Of a stretch of DNA of 64,000 nt, positions 13,020-24,776 are shown in pieces (the stretch's first letter is position 1; each line of letters begins with the position of its first letter). The DNA is taken from contig CATNEN010000013.1 of NCBI GenBank assembly GCA_950097015.1, forward strand, positions 744,001 to 808,000, given 5' to 3'. The notes under the pieces are model-generated. The model searched no databases, was not told where the DNA came from, and saw only the letters and a program-made list of their open reading frames with translations. Origin of the DNA: Macrostomum hystrix. Its lineage: Eukaryota; Animalia; Platyhelminthes. The position numbers and the translations under genes are program-made.

Positions 13020-15525
13020 ATTTGCCTGCTGCTTTCTGGTATTCGCAGAAAAAGTCGGTCTGTTGTTTCAGACTTGCAGGGTTGCAATTGCAATGTTTCG
13101 AAGGTAGGAGTTAGCATGAAGAATTTCAATACCAAAGTTCTTATACAGTTGCTTCCCCTTCCTTCCCTGACCGAATCCAGAGATGACTAACGCCGAGTAC
13201 AGTTAGGTAAAGAGAACAGTTCCCCTCTTACTTGTTGTGGGCGCAGATGATAAGAATCATATGGGACTCCAGTTAAATAATTTTTGCATGAATTTCTAAC
13301 TCAATGTACGCCCCAGAAGTGTACAAGCGTACACTTTAGACAGTCTTCTGCCTCTGCCACTCTTTTAACTCCTTTGTCCCTGTTCCACAGATTCCCCTCT
13401 GCCCTCCATCCAGAGCAGTTCGTGCGCCCAAAGAAATTCTCCATGAAGATGTCGTCCTCCATAAGCTCGTCCACGAGATTGGTGAACAAGACCATCTGGT
13501 TGGAGGCGCTGAGCAGCTGGCCTCGCAGTTTTTCGCTCCTTCGAATCGCCTCAAAAACCTTCCAGCTGTGGCTCGCCAGTTTGAACACTACGTCAGTCGG
13601 CTTGGACAACCCGCCGCGGTTAATCTCGTCAATAAAGGCAGAGGCAGTCGACTGGATTGGAGCGTCTACTTCTAGCGGGGTCAGAACATCCGACTCGAGA
13701 AGAAGCTCCCGGCAGGACTCGCAGCCACGTCTGCTCTGCACCAGTTTCTTCGCAATGCAACCGCTCATGTAGAAGATGACGGTGTAGTCGGAGCCTTCGG
13801 GCTGAACAGTCAACTCCATCGTTGCCGCCATCTCCTGAGCCAGTCTCTTCATTCCAGAATCATGCTCGGGAGTCGACTCCGCGATCGCACGATCGATATC
13901 GCGGAGCGAAAACTGAGAAAATTTGAGCAAGCTAATAGCTGCGATCTTTCGATTGTTCTCGGACAGCTGCCTGGCAGAAATGAAGTAGTTAGCTCCGGAC
14001 ATCTGGCGAAGCCACCCAAATCTGCGCTCGATGCTGTCAGACTGGAGGGCACCGAGCAGGATGTAGGAAAGGCCTTCGTGATCGAGCAGGTGTCTCGCGC
14101 AGGCAGCGATGGCTCGGCAGGTATTGCGACAGGCAAGGAAGGTCTCCCTGGACAAGGGAGCACGAGACTTGCCCGCAGGCGAACTGCCCGCCGAGATTTG
14201 CCCGCAGGAGATTTGCCCGTCGAGATTTGCCCGCCGAGGTTTGCCCGCAGAGATGTGCCCGCAGTGCATTCTGCCCGCAGGAGATTTGCCCGTCGAGATT
14301 TGCCCGTCGAGATTTTCCCGTCGAGATTTGCCCGCAGATTTTCCCGTCGAGATTTTCCCGTCGAGATTTGCCCGCAGAGATTTTCCCGTCGAGATTTGCC
14401 CGCAGAGATTTGCCCGCAGAGATTTTCCCGCAATGCAGTTTTAATCTTGCAAAAATCGACTTATACTTATCGAAATTATTTACCTGCCAGATTTCAACCG
14501 TGTGAATCTGAAACTCTTACTGCCGCAAATGCATAAGATATTTCTTTGGCATTCCGCAGACACCTCAAATTTCCTTTCTGCTAAATTACTGTAGCCTGTT
14601 CTATAATCTTTTGTAGCAGCAATTTTTTGCTGGTGGAGCAGCTCACATAGCTTGTCGCATATTTTAATAAGGTAATGACTTTATTTTTCCCTTGACAGAA
14701 CCGCACAATACAATAGCTATTTTTGTACATTCACTTGGCAAAAAGTAGAACAAGGTATTTAAGCGTCGCAAGTCAAAAGATGGTGAGGCTGTAGGTATCA
14801 TTGGCATTAATTGCGAATTAACAGGTTCAACAGCGATTGTACAATCACTATGCATGCATAATACAAGCGAAAATGAATTGCAGTAGGTAAATTAGCAATT
14901 TTCACTCTACTTAGCTCACACATTAACGGAATTTAGCACCCCAAAGGAGCAAATCTTCCGATGTGCAGCGCCAGCACATCCATTTGATCCTTCCCTATTC
15001 ATTCCCTTTCAATCAAGTCCTTGGGTTCAATTACTTAAAACAACTTTGTATTCTACTGCATTTTTCACTTTGCATTCGCTTAACGATAACTTTTGATTTA
15101 GCAATAATGAAAACAATATGAAAATGATTGACCAATTGTTAACATTTACTGTGCATCGCAAGACAGGAACAGGTGGATGACGGAGTACATGGCAACAAAA
15201 GCATTCAGTGATACAGTTACAATGGCAACCTACAAGAGGAAGGGAAGGGAATGGGGAGGAGGGGTGAGTTGTTATGTAGGCAGAAGACTGTGGGTTCACT
15301 GAACTTCTCTGACCTAACCAAATTTCAGAAACTAGAAGCAACCGCAGTGCTAAATACGAGGGTTTAAAGTGCACAAAGTGAATGCCTTTGCGAATCCCAT
15401 GGAAGCGGGAACTATTATTATATAGGCCACAATGAAACTAGAGCACAGAATATTAAATTTATTGCTTCTTAGTGTATTGCAGCAAGAAACCAAAATTGTA
15501 AGGATAGCTACCGTTGTCAATCAGA

Positions 15526-16968
15526 TCACTTCTTCAAATGGTGAGCGATGCCCCTCAGGTAGGAACGCAAAGGAAAGTCAGCAGGCAGACCGCCACCTTC
15601 GACGTTCCAACGCTGCGTGACGCGAAGAAGCATCGCGTTGCTCTGCACGTATCTCTTCCGCTCCTTCGGTGCTTCACCAGCGTTGGCTCGCTGCATCAGC
15701 AGTGCCTGGTGTTCGACTTCCTTTTTGAGGTCCTTCATGAGCCGAAAAACATTCGGATTGCTGCAACCCAGAATTGACTGGAACCTCCTATGCCAGGCTT
15801 CAACTGCGTTGTTCGTGCGATGAAGTCCATTCAAAGTTCGCTCACGAACATTCCAAATTGAAGGTGAGAATCGAGGCTGCCGTCTTCCTCCGCCAGGAAG
15901 TCGATGGCCGACCCACTGGGCTTCAAAATAGTCTGCTGTTGAAGCCATCTCCGCAGGAAAGTCAGGCAGCATTATTAACTCATCAAATGCTGCTGGAACA
16001 CTATTAATAGGCACAAAGGCCAAAGCAGAAAGGCAACGCAGCCAGACGGACATCTCGCCATCTTCTTCTTCAATCTGACGCTTTAATCCCTCAGCAACTG
16101 CTCTTCTGTACACGCACTGAACGAGGTGAAATAGACAGCCTGTTGACTCGATGCCAAAGACATGCTGAACAGCATTCATGTTAGCTCGCTCAAAATCTGA
16201 CATCCAGCGAAGTGGCCTCATGTTCGGCGCCAATTGATGCAGAGCCTCGTAAAATCGACAGTACGTTGCTTCGGTCTTGTTGGGTAGCAATGCGTAGATG
16301 AGTGGTCTTATGAAGCCTTGAAGTTCGGCATGCACTGTCACCAGTTGAGCGAACAGTGGCGGCGAGGCATCGAATGTGCCGTCCGAGAAGAAATCTGTCG
16401 CCAATTGCAGGGCTTGAATGTTATCCTCGCTACCGAAGATTAAAATTCGATTGTTGTCCTGTCCGGAGTCATGCAGCAGAAACAGTGCTCCGTTGTTGAA
16501 TTGAAATTCTTCAGGTATAATGAGCTCGGCTCGGTTGAGCGGCTGTACTGGAAGACCTTGGTGCGTTTGACGAACATCTTGAACTTGCCGCTTTAATGCG
16601 CTTTGAGATGGAAGGGCTATGCCTGCACACTCAGACAGCCCATTTGTGTGTTCCATGACGATATTTGCCGTCGAATTCACGTTGTTCCTGGCATCCGATT
16701 TAATCTCCCGAAGAGCCTCAAGAACTTGGAATCGAGAGCCGTCAGGTCCGTGATTGTGGTCATTCAGCTGTCGCACTTTAAAGCCATTCCGGATGTGGAT
16801 TCGAGCAGGACATGATCCCAAGCGCCGTTCTTCACACTGCCAAAATGACACCTCTTCGTCGACCAGGCTAGTTCTTTCAAGTGTAAAGTAGTAGCCTTCG
16901 CAGGCTGCTTTGCGCTTCCCACGAATTGTTGCACTAAAGCGCACAGCGATGGGAGGAGCTGCTTCCAT
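15526..16968 (-). CDS. MULE transposase with N-terminal FLYWCH-like zinc finger, 480 aa, intact
   Basis: FWQC...CPARIH...HNH finger. Catalytic motifs SDGTF, SDFE, GCLFH (CxxH) and TNNAVEAWH. Confidence 0.92.
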   Translation of the reverse strand: MEAAPPIAVRFSATIRGKRKAACEGYYFTLERTSLVDEEVSFWQCEERRLGSCPARIHIRNGFKVRQLNDHNHGPDGSRFQVLEALREIKSDARNNVNSTANIVMEHTNGLSECAGIALPSQSALKRQVQDVRQTHQGLPVQPLNRAELIIPEEFQFNNGALFLLHDSGQDNNRILIFGSEDNIQALQLATDFFSDGTFDASPPLFAQLVTVHAELQGFIRPLIYALLPNKTEATYCRFYEALHQLAPNMRPLRWMSDFERANMNAVQHVFGIESTGCLFHLVQCVYRRAVAEGLKRQIEEEDGEMSVWLRCLSALAFVPINSVPAAFDELIMLPDFPAEMASTADYFEAQWVGHRLPGGGRRQPRFSPSIWNVRERTLNGLHRTNNAVEAWHRRFQSILGCSNPNVFRLMKDLKKEVEHQALLMQRANAGEAPKERKRYVQSNAMLLRVTQRWNVEGGGLPADFPLRSYLRGIAHHLKK

Positions 16969-17680
16969 GTGGTCTGCTTGTTATTAACGTTGTCTTGAAA
17001 TTCACTTTATATATGTAGAGTTGTCGCAGTCTAACTTGACCCGACTAAAGTTGAATACACTAAGCAGTAAGGAAGGGCAGTGTATTTATATATTATAGGA
17101 GATAACAGGGGGTTGAGAGAAAGGAGGGGTGGGCAAAGAGAGGGGTTGGGTTAGGAGGCGCGATCAAAGGAATGAGGGGCACGCAAGACAAGAAGGAGGC
17201 TAAAGGGGTGGGGTGCCTGCAGCCAATCAGAAAGAGAAGAGAGAATGAGAGACCCAGACCCAGACCCAGAGAGAATGAAATCCAGACAGATTTTATGGAC
17301 ATTTTATCGAAGACTGGGAATTGAGATATAGGGGTCCAGGATAGAATTAGCGAGAAAGAATCACATCAGACTTTGTTTACACTGCTTTCTGGATCTTTAG
17401 CGAGGAGTTAATAAGCAGGTCTTTAAATTTCATTAAATTTGTTATATAGATAAGCCAGCTGCCCGTCGCCACATGCACAAGGCGATGTTTTTAGAAAATG
17501 CTCTGCATACTCATACTCTATGTAAGGGCCAGATTATAAAATGTCGTGGGGTCCCCGACATGCACCATATAGGACTCCATGGCTTATTTACTGGATTTGT
17601 CGTTCGGTGGTTGAGCAGATCGAGGTGATAAAATCCAGGCGGCTGACATGTGAATTTGAAACAGACAGCGCTCCACCAGC

Positions 17681-17894
17681 TAGAGATTCCAATACCGGGA
17701 CCGGGATTTGAGAGCAAACACCTGGAATTCCAATCTCAGGACTTACGAGAAAAATTGCCCACCATTCAGCGGGATTTCAATTTTTCGGGATTTGCTGGGA
17801 CTGAAAATGCTGGGGATTTTATGGGAGTTGGACAGGAATATCCCGAACCCGACAATCCTGGGATTGGAAACTAGCCGGGATTTTACCATCCCTA
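17681..17894. mobile_element. hAT-like MITE at the inner edge of the MULE right TIR
   Basis: Imperfect TAG-starting TIRs (TAGAGATTCCAATACCGG / TAGGGATGGTAAAATCCCGG), CGGGAT-rich interior, 8-bp flanks CCACCAGC / CCACCAGG. Confidence 0.5.
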
Positions 17895-20586
17895 CCACCA
17901 GGCACCAGCAAAAAATTGCTGCTACAAAAGATTATAGAACAGGCTACAGTAATTTAGCAGAAAGGAAATTTGAGGTGTCTGCGAAATGCCAAAGAAATAT
18001 CTTATGCATTTGCGGCAGTAAGAGTTTCAGATTCACACGGTTGAAATCTGGCAGGTAAATAATTTCGATAAGTATAAGTCGATTTTTGCAAGATTAAAAC
18101 TGCATTGCGGGGAAATCTCTGCGGGCAAATCTCTGCGGGCAAATCTCGACGGGAAAATCTCGACGGGAAAATCTCTGCGGGAAAATCTCGACAGGCAAAT
18201 CTCGACGGGCAAATCTCGACGGGCAAATCTCGACGGGCAAATCTCGACGGGCAAATCTCCTGCGGGCAGAATGCACTGCGGGCAAACCTCGGCGGGCAAA
18301 TCTCGACGGGCAAATCTCCTGCGGGCAAATCTCGGCGGGCAGTTCGCCTGCGGGCAAGTCTCATGGACCCCCTGGACAAGCCGCGGTGGCCGGAGCTTTC
18401 CCAAGCCTGAATTTTTTGCAATTTTTTTTAGACAAGTTTAACATTTCAGTGCTGTCAATTACTGTACTATTCTACTGTTCTCCATGCATTGATTTTCTGT
18501 TCTGTTATTTTATCTATATTTTGGACTGATAAATCGACTGAAACCTTTTTCTGTTTACTTACCTGAAGAAAATCGCTAAACTCCTCAAGATGCAGAAGCT
18601 TCCAGTCCAGAGATGACCGCACGGGATCCTGGTTGATGTCGCGCTTTCGCCGTCCCTTTGATGCTGTCTTGACATTGAGAATCTTCCAGAGCTTGAGCAC
18701 TATGTCGATGAAGTTTGCGGTGTCGGCCCAGCCCTTGCCTTCGTGTTCGGTGTAGTATTTCAGCGCGTCACGCGTCGAGTCGCAAAACACCGCCACGGCC
18801 AACTTGACGGATGATTTCTCAATGCTTCTGGGACTGATGACAGACTGATTTAGCTTGTGGGCCAGCCTCACTGCCTTGCCTGCTTCGATATTGTACAAGT
18901 CAATGATGTGCTGGAACTGTGCCTCACAGGTGCGCAGCAGGACAGGTGGAAAGGCTGGGCATACAAAGTTTTTTCTTGCTTGGAAGTTGATGTTCTTAAG
19001 ATTATGCACAGGATCGAAGAAAATGAACATCGGCTGGCCTGTGATTTGATCAATGACGGAGGTCTTGAGCTCCCACCACAGATGTAGTCAGTGACGAATT
19101 TCCTATTGACAGCCGCATTGTCAACAGAGACGGCAATGACTGTAAAATTTAGGCTGCGCAGCAATGCCATCACGTCTACGAACCAGGTGTGAAGCTTCTT
19201 GGCTGTCAAGTTGGACACTGCGTGCATAGCAACCATGTCCTTGAACTTGCCAGCAATGGACTTGATCATAAAGCAACAGTACGTAGAAGCTGTCGCTCCA
19301 TCGTTATCGACTCCACGCACTTGCCCGGCGCTGTATTCGATGCGTTTTGCGATGTATATTTCATCGATAATCAGTAGAACTACCTTCTCCATCTGAGTCA
19401 GCTTACTAGCTCGGAGACGAAGCTAGCTCTGCTCATCCAGACCGGCCTTTCCAACTCGTCTTGTGACATTTTGCAGCGTTCTCACAGACGGGAGGTGCAG
19501 AATCTCTTGGTCACGAAGAACACTATACGCTGATGTACTTATAGAGTAAATCATATAACTTAAAACTATTAGCTCTTGAGAATAGATCTTCGCGGACTTC
19601 TGTGTTCTGCTGAGCTGCAGCTGCTCCCTAAAAAATGCCACAGAGCGGTCTTCTTTCAGCTCGAGAACACTGGCTAGGCTATCCTCGGCCAGCTCAAGGA
19701 GGCCTTCAGCTTTCTCTGGCAACTCAGACAGATCTGTACTTTCCTTCCAGTTCTTCACTTTTGCCATCAGATTCATGAGACCACTCACTGTACTGACCTT
19801 GCTATCGTCGCCTGTGAAATCGGTCACCTTGCTCTTTGCCAGTGGGGAGCCATTGATACCGATGGAGACCTGATAATCCGACCCAATGCAGATGGAGCAG
19901 GAAATCCGGCAGATGGGCTTGACATCCAGCATGTAGATGCACAACTGGCCGTCGCAAATGCTTGTGAAAAACCCAGCTGGCCGATTTTCCTCTGCGTCGA
20001 GCAGCTCCTGAATCTCCCGGACGGAGCAATTGAGAATTGAGTCTTGGACGAAAAATTCATCGATCTCATTCTGCAGCCGAACGTTGTCTAAGTCAAGTCG
20101 GGCAGAAGACGTTGCTGAACAAGTGCTTCGAACTGGCTGCCTTGGAGCTGACAAGTACTTCAGTACATTTTTAAAAATTGTGGGCACAGCGTCAGGTCTC
20201 AAATATCGATTTTTCAGCTCGCTGCTGTCCCTCTTGCGCCAGGCGCCAAATGAGTCTTGAGACTTTTGGACAAAGTCTTCGTCCGCAAAGTGCAGTGAGC
20301 ATATTCGCATATATTTCGTAGGCTGCAGGTCTTGATTGGGAATAGCTCTTTTCCACTTTTCCAATAGGATTGGGTTCTTTAGTGGGAAAGAATGGAAAGT
20401 CACACCTTCTGCCGTTGCAGAGCTTGCGTATCCACTTTTGCAGCCGACTGCAGAGCACTTGTTGACCATATTATTTGTATTTTAATGCAATTATACTGAA
20501 ATGATTGGGATAAAACAGAAACAGATATTGGGGATAAAAAGACATTGGCAGATCCAGGAAAAGCTCACGCTTTTGTAGGCTGCAGT

Positions 20587-20632
20587 CAGAGACTTCTATA
20601 GATAACAAAGCTGTTACTTCTAGAAGTCTCTG
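20587..20632. mobile_element. 46-bp mini-P remnant (two TIRs back to back)
   Basis: CAGAGACTTCTATAGATAAC-AAAGCT-GTTACTTCTAGAAGTCTCTG, flanked by GCTGCAGT / TCTGCAGT. Confidence 0.75.
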
Positions 20633-21287
20633 TCTGCAGTAAACAAGTTTGTGCACTCCGCTCTGCCCCTAAAAATGCCGGCCTCAACTTGCAGGGAAAA
20701 CATTAGTCATCGCTGTGCCTTGCGGGTCCAGTTGTTATTTCTAGAAGTCTCTGGTTTGGCCAGACAGTTTAGTGCCAAACAAAGAGGATGATAGACAGGT
20801 GAACAAAAGAGCTCATGCAGATCATAAGGAAAAGGTTTCCACTAGTAAGGCCACCAGCACTAGGAAAGGGATGATTATCAGGCTAGTGAGGGTTGAGAAG
20901 CCCCCACTAGTGATGCCACAGGTGAAAGAACGAGAGAATTAAGAAAAGCTGCGCAAAGTTGAAGGCCTCTCTAGACTAGTGTGACGAGCTAGAGTTCGTG
21001 TGTATGCAAGTTTCCCAGAAGTAACCCCGGACAAAGACACAATTTCTTGATAAGTCAATGGCTTGTTGGTGGCAGCGCTAGGGTCCCGGTCCCTTGGTCT
21101 CGAATTTAATGTAGCTATTTAAAAGTTCTTTAGTCTTAAGCTATTTAAAATGTCTTAAGTCTATTCACAGCTCCACGCTCACTCTTAAGCGAACAGCTGA
21201 CATTTCAAATTATATTTAAATTTGCGCCAGGTTTTTCTCAGCAAGATAAAGTAACAAAAATATTGAATATAACGCTAGCACCCAGTC

Positions 21288-21790
21288 TTGACTTACTTGA
21301 CTTATCTGCAGGGTGGTCCAATGGACACAGCAGGGAGGCAGGCGTCACCCATTCTGCTAATCTCTGAAAGACCCTCAATCGGCCGATGGCACGGGGCCAG
21401 TCAGGGAGGTCTGTGGCCGGTCCTTTCTGCAGCTTGCTCTTCACTAGGGAAGAAAGATGCTCTAGAAAGAAGAAAGGTAGCCCTCAGGAACTGGATGAGC
21501 CGTGGGATGTTCTCGGATCTGCAAACGTCGTCCATGGATGGGCTTAGTCCGAGGTGATTAAGCCCCTCTCTGGTAAAGAAAGGGCAGTGACAAATGAAGT
21601 GCAGGGCATCCTCGTTCTCAAGGTTGCAGAACGGGCACAGCTCACTTCGGAGGTCTCCTCGGAGGAAACAGTGTCTGGCGTAGCAGCCATGGCTCGTGAG
21701 GGTCATGGTGAGTGCCTAGATGTCCTTCCGGGAAGGACCTTCCGGAGCCAAGTGGATATTATAGTGATAAAATTAGTACGCGACTAAAAA
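21288..21790 (-). mobile_element. 5'-truncated non-LTR retrotransposon 3' fragment
   Basis: LTSHGCYARH...CPFCNLENEDALHFICHCP is the C-terminal CCHC knuckle typical of R1/I/Ingi-like ORF2. It is followed by a short TAAGTCAAG tandem tail. Confidence 0.65.
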
Positions 21791-22004
21791 CACGACAGAA
21801 AGAAATTCTTGGCTCAAAGAAGTCCACTCTTGCTTCTAAACATTCAGGTATGATATTTGTGTATGGTACGAGCTATCAAGTATCAAGACAAGGCATTATT
21901 ATTTTATTTACTTGTAGCTTGCAGAAAAGCATTTTAGAATACAGGACTGATTTTTTTCACTTATAATGCAAGATGAGGCGAATCTTGCAGTAATAGTAAG
22001 AGTA

Positions 22005-23720
22005 CTAGAAATTTAGCCCCCCTCCGGGGAGCACAGAACTTAACTTAACTTTAGGGGGCTAGCCTAATAGCCCCTCTAGGTGGCATAAAAAAGTTGCACA
22101 GAACTGAGATTACAGCAAGAGAAGAAGCAATAGCATGCAACATTTAGAATTTTTAATAGAAAACACCTCGCACTGGAACCATATAAACATGGACTACTAA
22201 ACAACTATATATTATGTTTAATGATTAATCGTCAATGGCATTTTAACGTTCGGTTTGGTTTTTTAATCGTCTCCGGCTCCTCTGGGTTGCTCATTGCGAG
22301 AGTATTGCGAAAATGAGTCACATTCCGAAGACTGCATAGCCGAGTACAGTTGTAGAGTCGCTTCGGCTGCAATTGGTTATGTGCGCGTGTGTCATTATGT
22401 ACGTAAAAGCAGCGTATAAATACAATAACTCAGACGTGGTGAATTATCAATTGAAATTAGATATATAGCAAAGAAACATACCTCCCAGCTACCCTGACGT
22501 ATGCGCACGCGCTTAATGGATTGTGGGACATCTTGCACAAGTTCTTCGGCAGAACTTGTCATGGTGCCATCTCGGCAGCCAGTTTGATGGGGTGGTACCT
22601 GTATTTGTGACTGTACAGATTGTACAGTTTGGGCATCGTAATGTTCTTCAAACCAAGCCCGAGCTTTTCCAGCCTCGAGTGGGTTCGGATCAATCTGACA
22701 GTATGCGCCACTGCAGTTAAGAGATACTGACCCGTAACTCGTTGTCTTTGCGCCTTTAATTGCAAGGGCACACCCGACTGGCCACGCCTGGCCAAACTTC
22801 ATATAAACTTCAGGCCAAACTTATATACTGATATATAATTATATGATATAACTGGCTTCAAAACGAGGCCAATTATACGAATCATTTGTATTTCATCAGA
22901 ATTTAAGGAGAAGGAGCAAGTCAATAGTAAAACGTTGCGTACAAGCACCAGAAAGTTTTTTTAGAAGAATGCACATTTTCACGTACTTACTCCCTAAGTA
23001 GTCACTCCCACGTTATGGTCATTATGTTGCCGTTGGCAATGATTTTTATATTTGACGATTCGAGATGCTCGTTAAAGTCCTCAGGCTTGGCGACCATAGC
23101 CTTGGTGGTGCTATGCAGCGTCCTGGAGATATGTAGATGGTCACGAGAGTCCAGGGTTATATAGCTCTCAACATATGTCCATAGCAGACTTGATTTCTTG
23201 ATCAAAACTCTTCTCTTCCCTCTCTTCTTCTTTCTTCTCTTCGCCTCGCACCTTAATTGCTTTCATTAGGTTAAATTCTATAATACCCGCCAAAATTTTG
23301 TTCCGTAGAAAAGAAAGTCCGAGGCTGCAGTTATCAGGCCGAGGCGAAGCACAAAGAAAATCAATAATTATGAGCCAGACAGGCTACAGAGACAGAGCCA
23401 CAGAGAGAGGTCAGAACAACAAGAAAAATAGCTTACGAGATTTCTGCGACATTGTAAGAGCTATATATTTAAATTCAACACCAATTTTTTTAATCCCTTA
23501 GAAGACAAAATGCTGGAAAACTGTTTGACACTGGCGGTGTCTGTTAGTTAATACCAGGCCTTGGGAGTAACGCCATTCAAACAAAAGATCAGATAGCGAC
23601 TGCCGTTGGTGCTCGCTATTATTTTCTTGGATAGAACAGCCTGCACACGCACTGCGCCTTTAATTTGGACAGACTCTTGGTAGATTCATCCACCCTAACC
23701 TCGTTCATTGCGTCTGATGA
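22005..23720 (-). mobile_element. Probable Helitron 3' portion carrying RPA70-like fragments (5' end not located)
   Basis: The minus strand reads GCTCCCCGGAGGGGGGC (hairpin, 22016-22032), 7 nt, CTAG (22005-22008), then T, matching the Helitron 3' end. RPA-like coding pieces lie upstream on the same strand. Confidence 0.5.
22395..22802 (-). pseudogene. RPA70-like OB-fold (DBD-B) coding fragment
   Basis: ALAIKGAKTTSYGSVSLN...QIDPNPLEAGKARAWFE resembles RPA1 VLAIKGARVSDFGGRSLS...NPDIPEAYKLRGWFD as recalled. Weaker OB-like pieces lie at 23002-23205 and ~23500-23700. Confidence 0.6.
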
Positions 23721-24776
23721 ACCGGGTCAACAGTCTCATCAGTCAGATTCTGAAACGTATGATTCAGCGATGCATCACAGCATTTTGCTGAAACTTCTAA
23801 AAGCAATGTATCATTGTGAATCCCAATTACTTATCTCAATCCTGAAAATAATTCTAATCAGCTATCCCAATTCTAAACAATCGCAAGAATTTTGATTCTA
23901 TCTGACTTTTGGTAATAGTAAACACAAACAACAATCGAAAAATTGTTATGGTAGTTTTAGATGATAATGCAGTTCATAAATCTGAATTGCCCTTTTATCC
24001 AATGATCTGTGGCAATGTGGCATATTGTCCACTTTGAAACAAATTCTTATTTCTGGCCTAAACTCTTTATGATCCACTTAAGAGAAGGTCAGATCTGACA
24101 GCTCCAGGTAAAACAAATATAAATAAGTATTGTCCATATAGTGTTTTGCTAACCACAAAGTCTCTTACTATTTTTGTTTGTATTTTTGTTATTACTGTAC
24201 ATTAATGTTGGAAATCTTCTCTTACTGACTTGTATGTATACTTTCAACAGACATTCCATTGTTCATGGTTCCAAAAGAAGCTACAAAATTTGTTGGTTAT
24301 AAAGCTCTGTACACCAAATTCAATAGCGACATGACTTCTTAGCTTGGAGGCATTGAGGGATAACATCTTGCCCATCTTCCAGATAAACTGTTTCTTGCCT
24401 ACACACCTTTCTACTAATCAAACACGCCGATGATTAAAAAAGGTGTTCTAGTATTTTTGGATTCGAGGGTCACTCAGAAAGTCCTTAGCCTGAACAAGAA
24501 AACAGCAACATATCAACTAAACAACCACTACAGCTTCCCAAAGTGCTCTCCCCAGCACTGATGCATGCTTGCATCCTGTGGAACCAGCTGTAATGCCTGG
24601 CGAAAATATTAATCCTCCCGAATGTGGCTGCCAGTGTTAAGTGTGGCATTATGTATATTTTTTTCTGGGTAGGTTCTCGATATGTATTGAATAAAATCGC
24701 TTTAAAATGTGCAGAATTATTCAACCACGTGGACAGTTTGCTAGAATACAAAAAAACTCTCAACCATTCAGCACTA

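Larger units (their letters stand above)
14157..18369 (-). mobile_element. Mutator/MULE (FLYWCH/Phantom-like) transposon with long foldback-type TIRs
   Basis: TIRs of ~470 bp (14157-14635 and 17903-18369) containing tandem ~14-15-bp GAGATTTGCCCGTC units. An 11-bp TSD CCCTGGACAAG lies at 14146-14156 and 18370-18380. Confidence 0.92.
13301..20469 (-). pseudogene. THAP + P-element-type transposase copy 3: nonsense codon, frameshift, intron 18407-18562, split by the MULE
   Basis: In-frame TAG at 19423-19425 where copy 2 has Tyr, and a 1-bp frameshift near 19080. Removing the MULE and one TSD restores ...AWESSGHRGLSRETFLACRNTC.... Confidence 0.88.
10623..20753 (-). mobile_element. P-superfamily composite element P2 carrying two transposase copies and a MULE insertion
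   Basis: Ends CAGGGACTTCTATAAATAGC (10623) and revcomp CAGAGACTTCTAGAAATAAC (20734-20753) match at 17/20. A 7-bp direct repeat GTTTGGC lies at 10616-10622 and 20754-20760. Confidence 0.75.

Noticed and set aside
13849-14536. Arg/Ser-rich ORFs here and at 18002-18421
   Set aside because: They are read-throughs of the MULE TIR tandem repeats.
7208-20469. Host THAP9 tandem gene family
   Set aside because: TIRs, a TSD and disabling lesions show these are transposon copies; only copy 2 remains an open question.
23713-23756. CTGATGA...GAAAC hammerhead-like core
   Set aside because: The intervening sequence does not form stem II and the flanks do not form stems I and III.
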